A DNA stretch of 64,000 nucleotides from Naegleria gruberi (Eukaryota). This document shows positions 1-14,503 of this stretch, piece after piece (the stretch's first letter is position 1; each line of letters opens with the position of its first letter). The stretch lies in NCBI GenBank assembly GCA_000004985.1, contig GG738915.1, one strand, 5' to 3'. The notes under the pieces are model-generated. The model did not search any database and had not been told where the DNA came from. It saw only the letters and a program-made list of their open reading frames with translations. The position numbers were made by a program, and so were the translations under genes.

Positions 1-3000
1 AGATCCCCATCCGCTGCTTCTGCCCTTGATGAGAGTGCAACGGTGCAGGGACTTAGTAGATTCAAACACTTTCATAGTGCAAGTGCTCCCGAATCTTTAG
101 GAGTAGATAAACTTGAGGTAAGTGAATTCAAAACGAGGAAGTAACCAACAAGCTCTCTTATAGTACAAACCTAAGAATACATACAACGTTAGACCAAAAA
201 CTACAATACAACCTCAAAAATTAAAGATACCTAAGGAATTACAACAATTTAATCATTTAGACCCATCTAGAAACACAAGTACAAAGAAGAGGTAAGAATA
301 TCATAACTGAAATCAATTATTAAAAAATGATTTAATTAAACAGAGAAACTAGTACTACAACAACAAAAAGAGCATCAGCACAAGAAAAATCAAGAAAAAC
401 ATTGGAAGAAAGACCACCAAAACAAGCCAAATATACTACCAGTGTCAGTAGATTGTCTGAATTGAACTCTTTGAATGTTAGTGCTAGAATCGGAGCCCTC
501 AAACAAATGGATGTTGAAGAAGGAACAATTGATGTAGCTAGTTACCCAAGACTTTTAATTATTAACAAGGAATTTTCGGAAGAGGAAAAGGATATCATCA
601 TGAGTGGGTATGTATTAATAAGAGGAATTTAATTAATAATTATGAATTGAACAGACAAGAGATTGAAAGCAAGAGCAAATTTCTACCATTAGAATTGTTT
701 GATGACGAAGAAATATTTGAAAAATTCACTATTGAAGATCTTCTTTCGAATAGCTACATTGTACAGTCTAAGTTTTATACTGGCGCCAAATCAGCTTATG
801 AAAAATCTTATAAGGTTTGTTTCATATTATTACTAGTGATCTAATCAAAAAACAGTGGGCTCGTTGCAGAGTTCTTGAATATAATCCTGATGAAAGAAGT
901 TTCCTTATTGAATGGTTAGATTCTCCAAACACAACTGGATATGAAATTACAACAACTGATGAAAACAATGACTCTCCAACCACTACTAATGGCAGAAAAC
1001 AAAAATGGGTAAAAAGATTGAATTTATTAGTTCATGGAGATGAAACTTTTGAATTGAGAATAAGATTTGCACAAATGAGAAGAAAAAAGTTTGAAGAGAA
1101 AATGTTTTATTATCTTCAAATTGACAAGACTATTACTGATGACTTGATAGATATTACCCCTTTTGAAAAACAAATTTATGAAAAAATTTTGAAGCTTGTT
1201 GCAAATGAATCCCAATTCCTTTCTAGGCATGTTCCAGTCATTGAAAAATATGTTGATGAAGCAAAAGAGCATTACAAAATTTCAATGAAAGAGGCTATAT
1301 TTTTGTATTATCTGAACAGTAGAGAAGAATATGAAAAGTATGAAAAATATTTATGGTGCAAAGAAGAGCTAAGGAAAAATAATATGACAGCACCATGTTC
1401 TGGTGTTATTGAGGTACCAGCCTATAACTATCAAGCCATTCACGATATTATTGAACAAAATATCTTTTATACTCACCTTGATTTGATAACAGCAATGCAT
1501 AATATTCACTCTCAATTATTTATTTTGCTTAAAAGCTTAAAGGAAGATGGAAAGAGTATGGACTTGATTACAACACAAAAATGTGATACTCCTTGTGAGT
1601 TAGGATCATTTTTGGAGCTCCAAAGAGATACATTACAATTATCCATGAAAAGAATTAAGGAAGATTGGTGCCAAAAAGTTATTTCGATAGTGCAAAATGA
1701 TCTTGATAGATTTTTCAACTTTTTCGAAGATGATATTGAAAGATTCGAAAGCTCTAGAATGAAGAAGTTCTTGAGATTGACCAATTTCGTTCTTTCAGCT
1801 CAGTTAAGAGATTATGTTTTTGATGAACTTCACAAGTTGAGAGACTTTATAATACCTTATAGATACAGAGGATCGGATCATTTTGATGCCAATGAAGTTT
1901 CTGGATTTGAACCTTTATTTATTATCAAGATTGTGGAGAAAATTGAAAATGGAGAATCTAAGATTGCATTCGATCCTCCACTCGAATCTGTATTAGATGG
2001 CTTACGACAAATATTTTATGGAGTGCTGGAGGAAACCAATTTTATTCCAGGTATAGGAGAGACTCTCTTCCCATTATTGACTCTTAAGCCAGAACAATAT
2101 TGTATAAATAACTTAGAACTAAGATTAGAAAAAGACACAAAAGGTTTATGGAAAGATATTCAAGAAGTAATTACTTCCAACTTTAGAGAACCAGAAATGT
2201 TGCTCTCCTTATATAAGGGATATGAACATTGCTTAAAGTTGGATCCAGTCGCGTTTGCTACAGAATTTTATAATGAACATGTTGGCAAAACAGAAATGTC
2301 AAAACTTCTTTCAATCTTTAGAGAAGAATTGGCAAGACTTAAAAGTGATTCAGAAGAAGTGTATAACATTTCAACTGATAATGTCAATTTCAACTTATTG
2401 CGAGTAGATTGCAGTGGTATCAAAAACTCACTATATTTGAGAACCGATGGTACTGCAAAAGAGTTGATGAAATTAATATCAAAATGGAGTACTGAAGAGA
2501 GTAGTAAAATTACTCAATCTTTCCGAGATGTATATAGCAAAGTTCAAATCATACCTCAAACTGCTGAAGAACTGGACTCTTTAAAGAAGTACTTAACAGA
2601 TTGCACAAAGGAAATTGAAAGATTACAATCTCAATTCGCAACAGTCAAATCAAGTGTCCATTTACTCTCAGATTTTTCATTCAACCTCGACATGGATGAT
2701 TTTACAGTATTTGTAGATACTCATTCATGGCCAAAGAAGGTTTATGGACTTCTTGAGGATAGTACTATTAGACTTGAAGAAGACAAGAGAAAATTCATGG
2801 ATGAATTACAAAGAGATATCAATAATCTTCTCAGCAACTTGGATTTATATGAAAAGATTATTGAACGATTTGCTGTTTTCGATGATTTAGAAAAGACAGA
2901 CCAATACTATGAAAAGGTAAAGGATATGGAATCTAAATTGGAGGAAGCAAAGAAAAATTCCGAATTGTATAATAATCGTGAAAGAATGTTTAATATGAAC

Positions 3001-6000
3001 ACAACAGAATTTTCCAAACTGAAGGACTTGGAGAAGAACTTTAAACCTTACTTTGACTTATGGAGAATTGCTTATGAAAAGGCACAAAACTTTCCAAAAT
3101 GGAATGAAGGCACATTCATGAATTTGGATGCCAAGTTTATTGATGAATCATTAAGTATGTGGCAATCTACATTGAAAAATTTAGAAAAGAACTTGCAACC
3201 AAAGGACGAAACTGCAAGAATTATTACAAGACAAGTGAAGAAGGAGGTTGTAGCATTCTTACTTCACATGCCACTTATCAATGCCTTGAGAAAGGATGGT
3301 CTTAGACAAAGACATTGGCAGAAAATTGCAAAACTTCCACTTGAATTTGGAAAATCCACAGCCCAATTGGATATTGAAAGTATTAATATCATGAACTTGG
3401 GAGACTTTACAAAGATTGGTTTCGAAGAAAAACCAATTTTAGAAAAGATTATTGATATTTCTACATTGGCCGAGAAAGAAGCAGAAATTTCAAAGAACCT
3501 CGAAAAAATGTACTCTGCTTGGAAGAATGTCAATTTCCATCTTGAGAAATACGGTATTACATACAAACTTGTTGAATTGGATGAATTACAAGTCCTTCTC
3601 GATGAACAAATTGTTTTAACTCAAGGTATGAGAGCTTCTCCTTACGTAAAGGAACTTGAGACTGAAGTTATTGCTTGGGAAAACAAATTATTAGAAAGAC
3701 AAGATATAATGACCGAATGGATTAAGTGTCAAGTTGCTTACTTGTATTTGGAACCAATCTTCAGTTCTCAAGATATATCAGCACAGCTTCCTGATGAAGC
3801 AACCAAATTCGGTATGGTTGACAAAATGTGGAAGAATGTTATGGAAGTTACCAATAAGGTCAAAGTTGTCGCTCAAGTTGTTTCTGATGAAAATATGAGA
3901 GATAACTTTGAAACAGCCAACAAGAGATTGGAGCAAATCCATTTTGGTTTGAAACAATATTTGGAAACCAAAAGAAGAGCCTTCCCAAGATTTTACTTTT
4001 TATCAGATGATGAATTGTTGGAAATCCTTTCTGAAACTAAGGATCCACTCAGAGTTCAACCCCACTTGAAAAAGTGTTTCGAAGGTATTGAAAGGTTAGA
4101 GTTTGACAAGGAAGGAAAAATCGTTGCCATGCTCAGTAAACAAGGTGAGCGTATTCCATTCCAAAAGCATGTAATACCAGCAGAAAAGAATGGCAGAGTT
4201 GAGTTGTGGTTGTTAGAAATTGAAAATGAAATGAAGGGTAGTTTGAGACACTCTATTGAACAATCCATCAATGCATATGCTGCTATTGCTGGTAATATTG
4301 ACAAGAGAGGTCAATGGATTCTTGCATGGCCTGGTCAAGTGGTATTGACTGTAAGTCAACTTTTCTGGACAAGAGAAGTAGAAGAATCTATCAAAGCACA
4401 AGGTGTTAAAGGAGTTCAAAGATATTACTCCAAGATGACCAAACAACAAAAATCTCTTATTGAACTTGTAAGAGGAGAAAATTTAACTGCTTTGCAAAGT
4501 ATCACACTTGGTGCAATGGTCGTTATTGATGTTCACGCAAGAGATGTTGTTGCTGGTTTGGTGAAAGAGGCAGTCGGAGATATTTCAGACTTTGAATGGC
4601 AAAGTCAGCTCAGATATTATTGGGAAGATGTTAAAGATATCAAGGATGGAAAGAATCAAAACCAAATTGTTGTTAGACAAGTTACTGCTGAAATTAACTA
4701 TGGATACGAATATTTGGGTAATCAAGAAAGACTTGTCATTACACCTCTTACTGACAGATGCTACAGAACACTTACAGGTGCTCTCCAATTATTTAAGGGC
4801 GGTGCTCCTGAGGGTCCTGCTGGTACAGGTAAAACTGAAACTACAAAAGATTTGGCTAAGGCTATCGCTAAACATTGTGTAGTTTACAACTGTTCAGATG
4901 ATCTTACCTATGAGTCTATGGCTCAATTCTTTAGAGGTTTGGCATCAAGTGGTGCTTGGTCATGTTTTGACGAATTTAACAGAATTGAATTGGATGTCCT
5001 TTCTGTTGTTGCCCAACAAATTCAAACTATCCAACTTGCTGTAGCTAGTAGAGCCACCAGATTCTTCTTTGAAAATATGGAAATTAACATGAATCCAACT
5101 TGTGCTATTTTCATTACAATGAATCCTGGTTATGCTGGAAGATCTGAACTTCCTGATAACTTGAAAGCTCTCTTCCGTCCAGTCGCTATGATGGTTCCTG
5201 ATTATGCCTTGATTGCAGAAATTTCATTGTTTTCTTATGGATTTTTGGAAGGTCGTAAACTGGCTAGAAAGATTGTTTCTACTTATAGATTATGTAGTGA
5301 ACAATTGTCATCCCAAGATCACTACGATTATGGTATGAGAGCTGTTAAAGCAGTATTGGTAAGAGCAGGTTCATTAAAGAGACAATTTCCAGATCTTAAC
5401 GAAGAACAACTCATGTTAAGAGCATTGAATGACGTAAATCTTCCAAAATTCGTTTCTGCTGATATCCCATTGTTCAACGGTATCATCAAGGATTTGTTCC
5501 CAACTACAGAACATCAAAAGGTTGACTACTCTGCTCTTGAAAACGCCCTTATTCAAACATGTGCTGAAATGAATCTTCAACCTGTTCCTTACTTTATTCA
5601 AAAGATTATCCAACTTTATGAAATGATTATTGTAAGACACGGTTTGATGCTTGTAGGTTTCCCAATGTCAGGTAAAACAGCTTCCTATATTGTTTTAAAG
5701 TCTGCTTTGGAGAAATTAGGAGAAAAGATCAATCTAAGAGTCTTATCACCAAAGGCAGTTTACGGTGGAAATCTATACGGTTATAGAGATACAAAGACCA
5801 AAGACTGGAAAGATGGTGTTCTTGCTCTTCACTTCCAAAAGTTGAGTACACTTGCAGAAAAGGAAAGAAAATGGCTCATGTGTGACGGTCCTGTTGATGC
5901 TATTTGGATCGAATCTATGAACACAGTTTTGGATGACAACAAGAAGCTTTGTTTAACATCTGGTCAAATTATCAAAATGGGTGAAAACATGAACATGATG

Positions 6001-9000
6001 TTTGAAGTCCAAGATTTAGCTGCTGCTTCGCCTGCAACAGTTTCCAGATGTGGTATGGTTTATTTGGAAGCCGAAAAGCTTGGTTCTTGGGAGCCTTACC
6101 TAGCAAGTTGGCTGAGCAGTAAGGAATTCCCTCAAGCTCTTAGAGAATCAAAAGATTTTGAAGAAGTGACAGAATTATTTAAAACATTATTCTCCACTTT
6201 CATTCCTCCTGCTATCAAAATTTTCAAGTCTCACTTTATGGCCAAAGCATATGTTAGAGTTAAAAGTGATGCCATGTTGGTGAATTCATTGATTAACATT
6301 TTGCAAAGCTTGATGGATGAATTTGCAGATCCAAAAGTGATCCAAAATTACATTAAGGACAAGTCAATTATTCTTGAATGCCTTTTCCAATTTGCTTTAA
6401 TTTGGTCAGTTGGTATTGTTTCTGTTGATAGAGTTAAATTTGATCAACTTTACAGAAACATGCTGGAAGAAAGGGCAAGAAATAAGGTCTACAAATTCCA
6501 AATACCAATGCCAGAAAAGCCAAACACACTCGTTTTCGACTTTGTGTTTGACAAGAAGAGTAGAAAATGGGTTGAATGGACTGCCTCAGAATATGCTCCT
6601 AAATTTGCTGTTTCACCAACAGAAGAATTTAGAAATATTATTGTCCCAACAATGGACACTATTAGATTCCAATTCATTCTTAAAACACTTCTCGACCACG
6701 GTAAGCAACCATTATTTGTTGGCCCAACAGGTACTGGTAAAAGTGAATATGTAAAACAATTTTTACTTAAACTTGGAGCTGGTTCAAGTGAAGAAAAGGA
6801 ACAAAATAACGAACCAAAGTCAAACTTCCTTCCTGCCTTTATCAATTTTTCAGCCACCACTACACCAAGTCTTATTCAAGATATTTTGGAATCCAAGCTC
6901 ACAAGAAGAAAGCAAGGATATATTGGTCCACCAATAGGAAAGAAGACAATTATTTTTGTCGATGACCTTAACTTGCCAACATTGGATGATTATGGTGCAC
7001 AACCAACCATTGAATTATTGAGAGAATGGCAAGACAGAGGAGGCTGGCATGAAAAATTCAGCAAGCAAGCAGCCTTTACACACGTAGTTGATGTATTGTT
7101 TGTTTGTGCTATGGGTCCTCCTGGAGGTGGTAGAAACGAAGTAACTCCAAGATTTATTCGTCACTTCAATGTTATTGGTCTTACCTCATTTGACAACCAA
7201 ACATTGACCACCATTTTCTCAGATATTATGGATTGGTTCCTCTCATCCAATAGCATTAATACTATCAGTAAGATTTTGGCTAGACAAATCGTTGTTGGAT
7301 CCATCAATTTATTTAATAATGTAATTGAGCAATTCAGACCAACACCAGAAAAATCTCACTATACTTTTAACTTGAGAGATTTATCAAAGATTTTCCAAGG
7401 TGTTTGCAGTGTTGGTCCAAGACTTGATGGATCAGAATTGGAGAAGGTATCTCTAGTCAAGATTTGGGCCCATGAGGCCACAAGAGTTTTCCACGATAGA
7501 TTGATTAATGAGCAAGACAGAGAGAGTTTCTACCAATTACTTGATAAGGAACTTCAAATTGGTGAAATCAAATATATCATTGAAGAAACACCTTTTGACT
7601 ATAGAAATACTCTCTTCACTTCTTTAACTCATGATTCTTGCGAAAGATTCAAGGAAGTTGTCTTGAACAAGACCTCCAATAATCCAAAGGTTGCTGATAT
7701 TTCCAAACTACATAATATCTTGTCATCTAAATTGGAAATTTACAATGATTCACACTCAAAGATGGATCTTGTATTATTCAACTTTGCTATTGAACATATT
7801 GTTAGAATTGTAAGAATTATAACTCAACCTGGTGGTAATGCTCTCCTTATTGGTGTGGGTGGCAGTGGTAGACAAAGTTTAACCAAACTAGCTGCTTTTG
7901 CTGCTGAATACAAATTGTTTGGTATTCAATTAACAAGATCTTTCACTGTTTCTGAATGGAAAGATAAGATGAAAGAATTGTTGATTAGTGTTGGTGGTGC
8001 CAAGAAAACTCAAACTGTCTTTTTATTCAATGATAACCAAATCAAGTATCAAGAATTTTTAGAAGATATTAGCAGTATTCTTAACACTGGTGAAATTCCT
8101 AACCTTTTCGATAGAGATGAATATAAGGATATTTGTGAAAGTCTGAGAGCACATGCAAGAAATGAAAACAAAGGACAAACACCAGAAGAATTATACAACT
8201 TCTTTGTTGATAGATGTAAAGAATGTTTGCACATTGTTCTTTGCATGAGTCCAGTTGGTGAAAATTTGAGAAATTATTTGAGAATGTTCCCTTCATTGGT
8301 AAATTGTTGTAACATTGATTGGTTCAGCTCTTGGCCAGACCAAGCCCTTCATGCTGTAGCTCAAAAGTTTATCAAGAGCATTAACGAAGTAACAGATGAA
8401 GAATTGGATAATAATGTAGAAATACCAAAGGATGATGCATTCGAAAAAGATTTTGACAAGTATGTCGATATATGTGCCTACTTCCACAATAGTTCCACCG
8501 AGCTTTCTAAGCAATTCTTATTCAAGATGAAGAGACATAACTATGTTACACCAACAACTTATCTTGGTCTATTGAAGAACTTCTCCTCACTTGTAAAAGA
8601 AAAGAGAACCGAGTTGCAAACTTTGAGAGGAAAATTCGAGTTGGGTCTTCAAAGAATTGCTGAAACCGATAAGGATGTTAATGAAATGCAAAAAGAATTG
8701 GAAATTTTGCAACCAAACTTGATTGAACTTTCCAAACAAAATGAAGAATTATCCAAGAAGATTGAAATTGAATCTCAAAATGCAAACGAGAAGGCTAAAA
8801 AGATTGAAATTGAACAAGAAGAAATCAACGCACAAGTTGCTAAGAATGAACAAGACAAGGTATATTGTATGGAAGAATTAGCTCAGGCTGAACCAATTTG
8901 GATTGAAGCCCAACAAAAGGTCAAAGATATCAGTACTGCCCAAATTGCGGAAGTCAGAGGTATGCAAGCTCCTCCAGAAGGTGTTAAAATGGTCCTTAAA

Positions 9001-12000
9001 GCTATCTGTATTATGAAGGGTGAAAAAGTTAAAACCATTGATGATGGTCTTGGTAACAAGTCTAAAGATTGGTGGGGTGCATCCAAGGAAATGATGTCAA
9101 GAAAGGATTTCTTAAAATATATTAAGAATTTTGATATGGGAGCATTGAATCAAGAAATTGTTGGTACTCTTACACCTATTTTGGCAGAAATGGATGTTGA
9201 AAAAATCAAACGTTCCAGTGCTGCTGCCTTTGCCCTTAACGAATGGTTGAATGCCCTAGTTAAATACTTTAGGGTTAACAGTGTTGTAGAACCAAAGAGA
9301 CTTGCATTGCAAGAAGCTGAACAAAAGTGTGCTGAAGCCGCCAGATATCTTGCTGAAAAGAAGAGGGAATTGGCTGAAATTCAAGGAATGATTGCACTCA
9401 AAGAAACTGAAAGAAAAGAATGTGAAGCAAAGAAGAATCAACTTGAACATGAATACCAACTTGTCAGTGTAAAGTTAGAAAGAGCTACAAAACTCATTGG
9501 TTTATTGGAAGGAGAAAAATTGAGATGGCAAGAAACATTAGCTAAAATTATGGAACAACAAACATGTATTAATGGAGACGTTATTTTAGCCTCAGGTATT
9601 ATTTCCTACCTTGGAGCCTTTACTTCTGAGTACAGAAGAAAGATTCTCAAGAAGTGGTCCAACAAATTGACCCAACATGGTATCAAATTCTCAGAAAATT
9701 TCACACTTTCAACAACTTTGGCTGAATCTATGGAAGTTAGAAATTGGATTATCAAGGAAGGTTTACCATCAGATGACTTTTCAGTTGAAAATGCTACTAT
9801 TGTCAAGAGAACTACCAATATTTGGCCACTGTTCATTGATCCACAAGGTCAAGCCATGGCCTGGATTAAGGAGAAGGAAAAACAACAAAAGAAAGATGCT
9901 GATTCCTTGTTAATCATTCAAATGTCCAACCCCAGTCTTATTAAGAGTTTGGAAAAGGCCATTACTCAAGGAACTACAACTATTGTTGAAGGTGTTGGAG
10001 AAGAATTAGATCCAGCATTGGAACCACTCTTAACTCAAAGAACTTATTACATTGGAGGTGTAAAGTATATCAATCTTAGTGATACTCCAACAATTTATAA
10101 TGATAACTTTAAACTCTATTTGGTTACTAGTCTTTCAAACCCTCACTATCTCCCTGAAGTTTCAACTAAAGTTCAAATTATTAACTTTATGATTACACCA
10201 AATGGTTTGGAAGAGCAATTGCTTGCTATTGTTGTCAAGATTGAAGAAAAGAAATTGGAAAGTGAAAAGAACAATTTGGCTGTACAGAATGCTAAATATC
10301 AAGAACAATTGAAGCATTACCAAGATAAGATTTTGCAATTGCTTGTTGAAACAACAAAGGAAAAATGTTGGATGATGACACTGTCATTAATACCCTCTCA
10401 TCATCAAAGCAAACCTCAAGAAAAATTGAACAAAAACAAATTGAAACAAAGAAGACTGAAAAGGATATTGATACCAAGAGAAACCTTTACCGACCAGTTG
10501 CTGAAAATGCAAGTACCTTATTCTTTGCTATTTGTGAATTGCCAAACGTTGATCCAATGTATCAATATAGTTTGAACTGGTACCAAGATTTGTTTACCCA
10601 ATGTGTAGTTGAATTGCCTCACGAAGAAAATAGATCCACCATTCAAAAGATTGAACAACTTAGAGACTTCTTTACTCATCAAATGTATACCAGAGTATGT
10701 AGATCATTGTTCCAGAAGGACAAGCTACTCTTCTCGTTATTATTGTGTATTCAATTGATGAGAAAGAAGAGCTTGATTGATCATGAAGAGTTGAAATTCT
10801 TACTTACAGGTACTAGCTCTGTCGTCAACTCTGATGAAACCACAAGAAAATTGCCAGAATGGATCACTCAGAACATGTACAATGAGTTATGTCAAATTGA
10901 TGGAATGTCAAGTGTCTTTAAGAACTTCAAACAAGAATTTTTCAATCACCTTGAAGCTTGGAAGAAGGTTTATGATTCATCCAAGCCTAATGAAGAACCA
11001 TATCCAGATAAATGGAACAACCTCTCAATATTACAAAAGATGATGGTTCTTAGAATTATCAGACCAGACAAACTTCTTCCAGCAGTTGAAACCTTTGTGG
11101 AAAAGAATATGGATAAGAGATTTATTGAGCCAAGTCAATTCAATTTGAAGGTTTCTTACATGGAATCTACTCCTGTAAAGCCACTCATATTTATTTTGTC
11201 ACCTGGTGTGGATCCTATGGAAAATCTTCGTAAATTTGCTGACCAAGAAGGTGTAGCCTTGAAGAGTTTGTCACTTGGTCAAGGTCAAGAAGAATTTGCT
11301 ATTGAAATGATTAACCAAGGAAGCTTCCAAGGAAATTGGGTTGTTTTACAAAACTGTCACGTTTTGCTTTCTTTCTTACCAAAGTTAGAAAAGATCATTG
11401 ATGATTTCGCCAGAAATGAAAATAAGCTAGCTGCAAATTATAGATTGTGGCTCACAAGTATGCCTAGTGAAAAATTCCCAGTCAGCGTACTTCAAAGAGG
11501 TGTAAAAATTACTAATGAGCCTCCTAAAGGTTTGAGAGCAAACCTCTTACAATCTTGGAATAGCGATCCTATCAATGATGCAAAATACTTTACTGGTTGT
11601 AAGAAGAGTAGGGAATTTAAGAAGTTATTGTTCGGTTTGACATTCTTCCATTCCTTGGTTCAGGAGAGAAGAACATTTGGTCCACTTGGTTGGAATATTA
11701 GATATGAATTTAACGATTCTGATTTGAACATCTCCTTGAAGCAACTTCAAATGTTTTTGAATGGAAAGGATTCAAATGTTCCTTTCAAGGCCCTTACCTA
11801 TTTAACTGGTGAATGTAATTATGGTGGTAGAGTTACAGATGACCATGATAGAAGAACTCTTATGGCAATTTTATCTGACTTCTATAATGAGGAAATTATT
11901 GAGGATGGTTACCAACTTTCACCTTCCGGTATTTACACTGTTCCAAATGGAGATAAGAAACATAGTGAATATATTCAAACAATCGAAAAATTCCCATCAA

Positions 12001-13049
12001 GCGAAACTCCAGAAGTATTTGGTTTGCACGAAAACGCTACCATTAGTAAGGATCAAACTGAGTCTAAACTAATGTTTGATGCATTACTTACCACTCAACA
12101 AAATAGTGCTCCTGAAACCAATGATGAAGATGACATTAATGAAAATTCTCATGAAACTGAAGTACTTTACGAATTAGCAGCAGATATCTTGACTAAACTC
12201 CCTGACAACTTTATTATTGAAGGAGATGGTGGCGCAGAGGCCAAGTTCAAGGTTGACTATCACGAAAGTATGAACACTGTATTTGTACAAGAGTTAATTA
12301 GATTTAACAAACTTTTGAATGCTATTAGAAACAGTCTTCAACAATTACAACTTGCATTGAAAGGTCTCACAGTCATGAGTAGTGATTTGGAACAATTGAG
12401 CAAGTCTCTTTCAAATGGTAAGGTACCTCTTGTATGGAGCAAGGCCAGTTATCCTTCTAGAAAACCTCTCAGAACATATATCCAAGATTTGATTAAGAGA
12501 ATTGAATTCTTTAATAATTGGTTTATTCATGGTAAACCATCAGTGTATTGGTTGAGTGGTTTCTACTTTACCCAATCATTCTTGACAGGTGTAAAGCAAA
12601 ACTTTGCCAGAAAGAATAAGATTGCTATTGACCAAATTGATTTTGAATTTGAAATTTTGGACAAGTACTATGAAGAAAACATTTCCTTGCCAGAACCAGA
12701 ATGTGGTTGCTATGTTTATGGATTGTTCTTGGAAGGTGCTGCTTGGGATAGAAAGAAGAAGTGTTTGACAGATCCAAGACCAAAACAATTGTTTGATGAA
12801 ATGCCAATAATTTGGTTCAAACCTGTAGATCGTAGTGTTGAACAAACAGAACCAACAAGTTCAGAGGTTAAAACCAAATCTAATACCTATGTTTCACCAC
12901 TCTACAGAACTAGTGAAAGAAGAGGTACCCTCACCACAACTGGTCACTCGACTAACTTTGTGATGAGTATCAAGTTGCCAATGGCCTCAGATAATAATGA
13001 AAAGTATTGGATTAAGAGAGGATGTGCCTTACTTTGCCAACTTGATTAA
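1..13049 (+). CDS. Axonemal dynein heavy chain (inner-arm-type motor), multi-exon; 5' end probably upstream of the window. Likely exons ~1-117, ~345-607, ~655-814, ~856-10364, then 10365-13049 after an apparent 1-nt frameshift.
   Basis: A 3252-aa ORF (817..10575) and an 894-aa ORF (10365..13049) in different frames together read as one dynein heavy chain. The AAA1 P-loop GPAGTGKTETTKDLAKA is at about 4801-4850. It is followed by AAA2-4 P-loops GFPMSGKT, GPTGTGKS and GVGGSGRQ, a coiled-coil stalk around 8600-9600, and AAA5/6 plus the C-terminal domain in the second ORF. The GPAGTGKTETTKDL motif is characteristic of axonemal rather than cytoplasmic dynein. The upstream small ORFs 402..632 and 647..844 start with TTG and join the main ORF through short GT..AG introns (GTATGT at 608, acceptor at about 654; donor at 815, acceptor at about 855). 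Bases 1-117 are an open frame ending at a GTAAGT donor at 118. Confidence 0.9.
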
Positions 13050-13129
13050 TTTGTATTAAAATAAAACATTAGAAAGATAAATAAATTAATGTTATTTATG
13101 TACATTAGAGTTAGAAAGTTAGAGAAAAA

Positions 13130-14503
13130 TTAGGCCCAAATAGCAATAATTGCCATAGATGCAAAACCGAGTGCCATAAGAATGAATCTAGACAACTTTA
13201 AAAACTTATTCTTAGGTTGATGGATTGCAATTTCCATCAAAGCAACATATAAGAATGCTCCAGCTGCAATAGATAAAAGTGTACCTTGAGCAACTTTCCA
13301 GCTGTTATTTTCTAGTGCTTGTTCATTTTGGACTGAATGAATAATAATCAAACCAATTGCAATACCAACAGGAACAGAAGCAGCATATAAGAATAAAAGA
13401 GCCAGAGCAACGAAAATATTCTTACAGCCCTTTTCAACAATAGCTCCCAAAGAGAATGCTTCAATAAATTGGTGCGCCACAATGGCAGCAAAGATACTCC
13501 ACATATTTCCCAAATCAGTTTCAGCACCAAAACCCAATCCAATGAAAATACTGTGAGTTGATAAAGCCAACCATAAAACTATAGCTGTAAGTACGAGAGG
13601 AACACCAGATTTGTGATTAGTTTCAAATAACATTTGAGTAGCTTCATGGTGAGCACATCCTGTATGGTCTCCATGACCGTGACCATGTTCATGATGCACA
13701 TGATGTTGATCACATACGGTTGGTTCATTGGTGGTTGTCTTTTCAATTTGTGGTGTTTCTGGGTTTTCCAAATCACCCTCCTCTTCATTTTTAACTTCAA
13801 TGTCATCACTATCAACAGGTGAGCTTGGTGTTTCTTCCTTATGAGGTTTAACCATTTCAATTTCATCCACACAACCAATTGTTGATATTGAAGGTGGTGG
13901 GGATTTAGCTCCATTGGATGTAAGTGTTTGATGCTCCTTATGGTCATGACCATGTGAATGATCACAATTACTGTGTGAATGAGAGTGTCCGTGGGAATGA
14001 CCATGAGAGTGGCCATGGTCATGTTCGCCTGCCTTAAACCATTTCGATAAGAATGCCAACAAGACAAATTCCAATCCGTACAACACCAAAAATGCAAGAC
14101 ACATTGTAAGAGGCCCTATTGGATAGGCAGAACTTCTACTATCTCCCAAACTTTCCAATCCCTCTGAGATTAACTCTCCACCTTCAGCCATCATGTGTAA
14201 AATACCAACACTCAATAAAACTCCTCCTGCAAACCCATTACATTGATCAATGGCAATGCTTATATATCCTGAATTAATTCTCTTTTTAAAATATTTCACT
14301 CTCGAAAATAGTATAGGAACCAATGAAATGAGAAAGCTGCCAATTAGCAAGCCAAATAAGGTTCCCAATTTGGCTCCCAACAATGTTGCCTCCACTGATG
14401 GATCTATTGATGTAGAATTATTCATTGTTTCGTTATCAGTACTCTCCTGAAGTACATTTAAGAGTGGAAATGTGCCACTTTCTATTGGAATCTGTTCATA
14501 CAT
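13130..14503 (-). CDS. ZIP (Zrt/Irt-like) family metal cation transporter with His-rich loops
   Basis: Continuous 457-aa ORF. It has multiple predicted TM helices and HSHGHSHGHSHSHS / HHVHHEHGHGHGDH histidine-rich cytoplasmic loops. The motif HQFIEAFSLG resembles the ZIP TM4 signature HSVFEGLALG. It is convergent with the dynein gene, and AATAAA-like signals lie in the 80-nt spacer between them. Confidence 0.65.
   Translation of the reverse strand: MYEQIPIESGTFPLLNVLQESTDNETMNNSTSIDPSVEATLLGAKLGTLFGLLIGSFLISLVPILFSRVKYFKKRINSGYISIAIDQCNGFAGGVLLSVGILHMMAEGGELISEGLESLGDSRSSAYPIGPLTMCLAFLVLYGLEFVLLAFLSKWFKAGEHDHGHSHGHSHGHSHSHSNCDHSHGHDHKEHQTLTSNGAKSPPPSISTIGCVDEIEMVKPHKEETPSSPVDSDDIEVKNEEEGDLENPETPQIEKTTTNEPTVCDQHHVHHEHGHGHGDHTGCAHHEATQMLFETNHKSGVPLVLTAIVLWLALSTHSIFIGLGFGAETDLGNMWSIFAAIVAHQFIEAFSLGAIVEKGCKNIFVALALLFLYAASVPVGIAIGLIIIHSVQNEQALENNSWKVAQGTLLSIAAGAFLYVALMEIAIHQPKNKFLKLSRFILMALGFASMAIIAIWA

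Noticed and set aside
402-844. Two small ORFs (402..632, 647..844) listed as separate proteins
   Set aside because: Both start with TTG rather than ATG, are open upstream, and join each other and the 817.. dynein ORF through phase-consistent short GT..AG introns. They are 5' exons of the dynein heavy chain, not separate genes.
10365-13049. The 894-aa ORF as an independent gene starting at Met 10365
   Set aside because: Its sequence is the AAA5-AAA6/C-terminal part of a dynein heavy chain and continues the 817..10575 ORF after a 1-nt frame slip. It is not a stand-alone gene.
13579-14097. 172-aa plus other antisense/alt-frame ORFs inside the ZIP transporter gene (13348..13542, 13634..13822, 14250..14450)
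   Set aside because: They lie inside or opposite a well-supported conserved coding region, have biased His/Met-rich composition mirroring the His-rich loop codons (CAT/ATG), and have no independent support.
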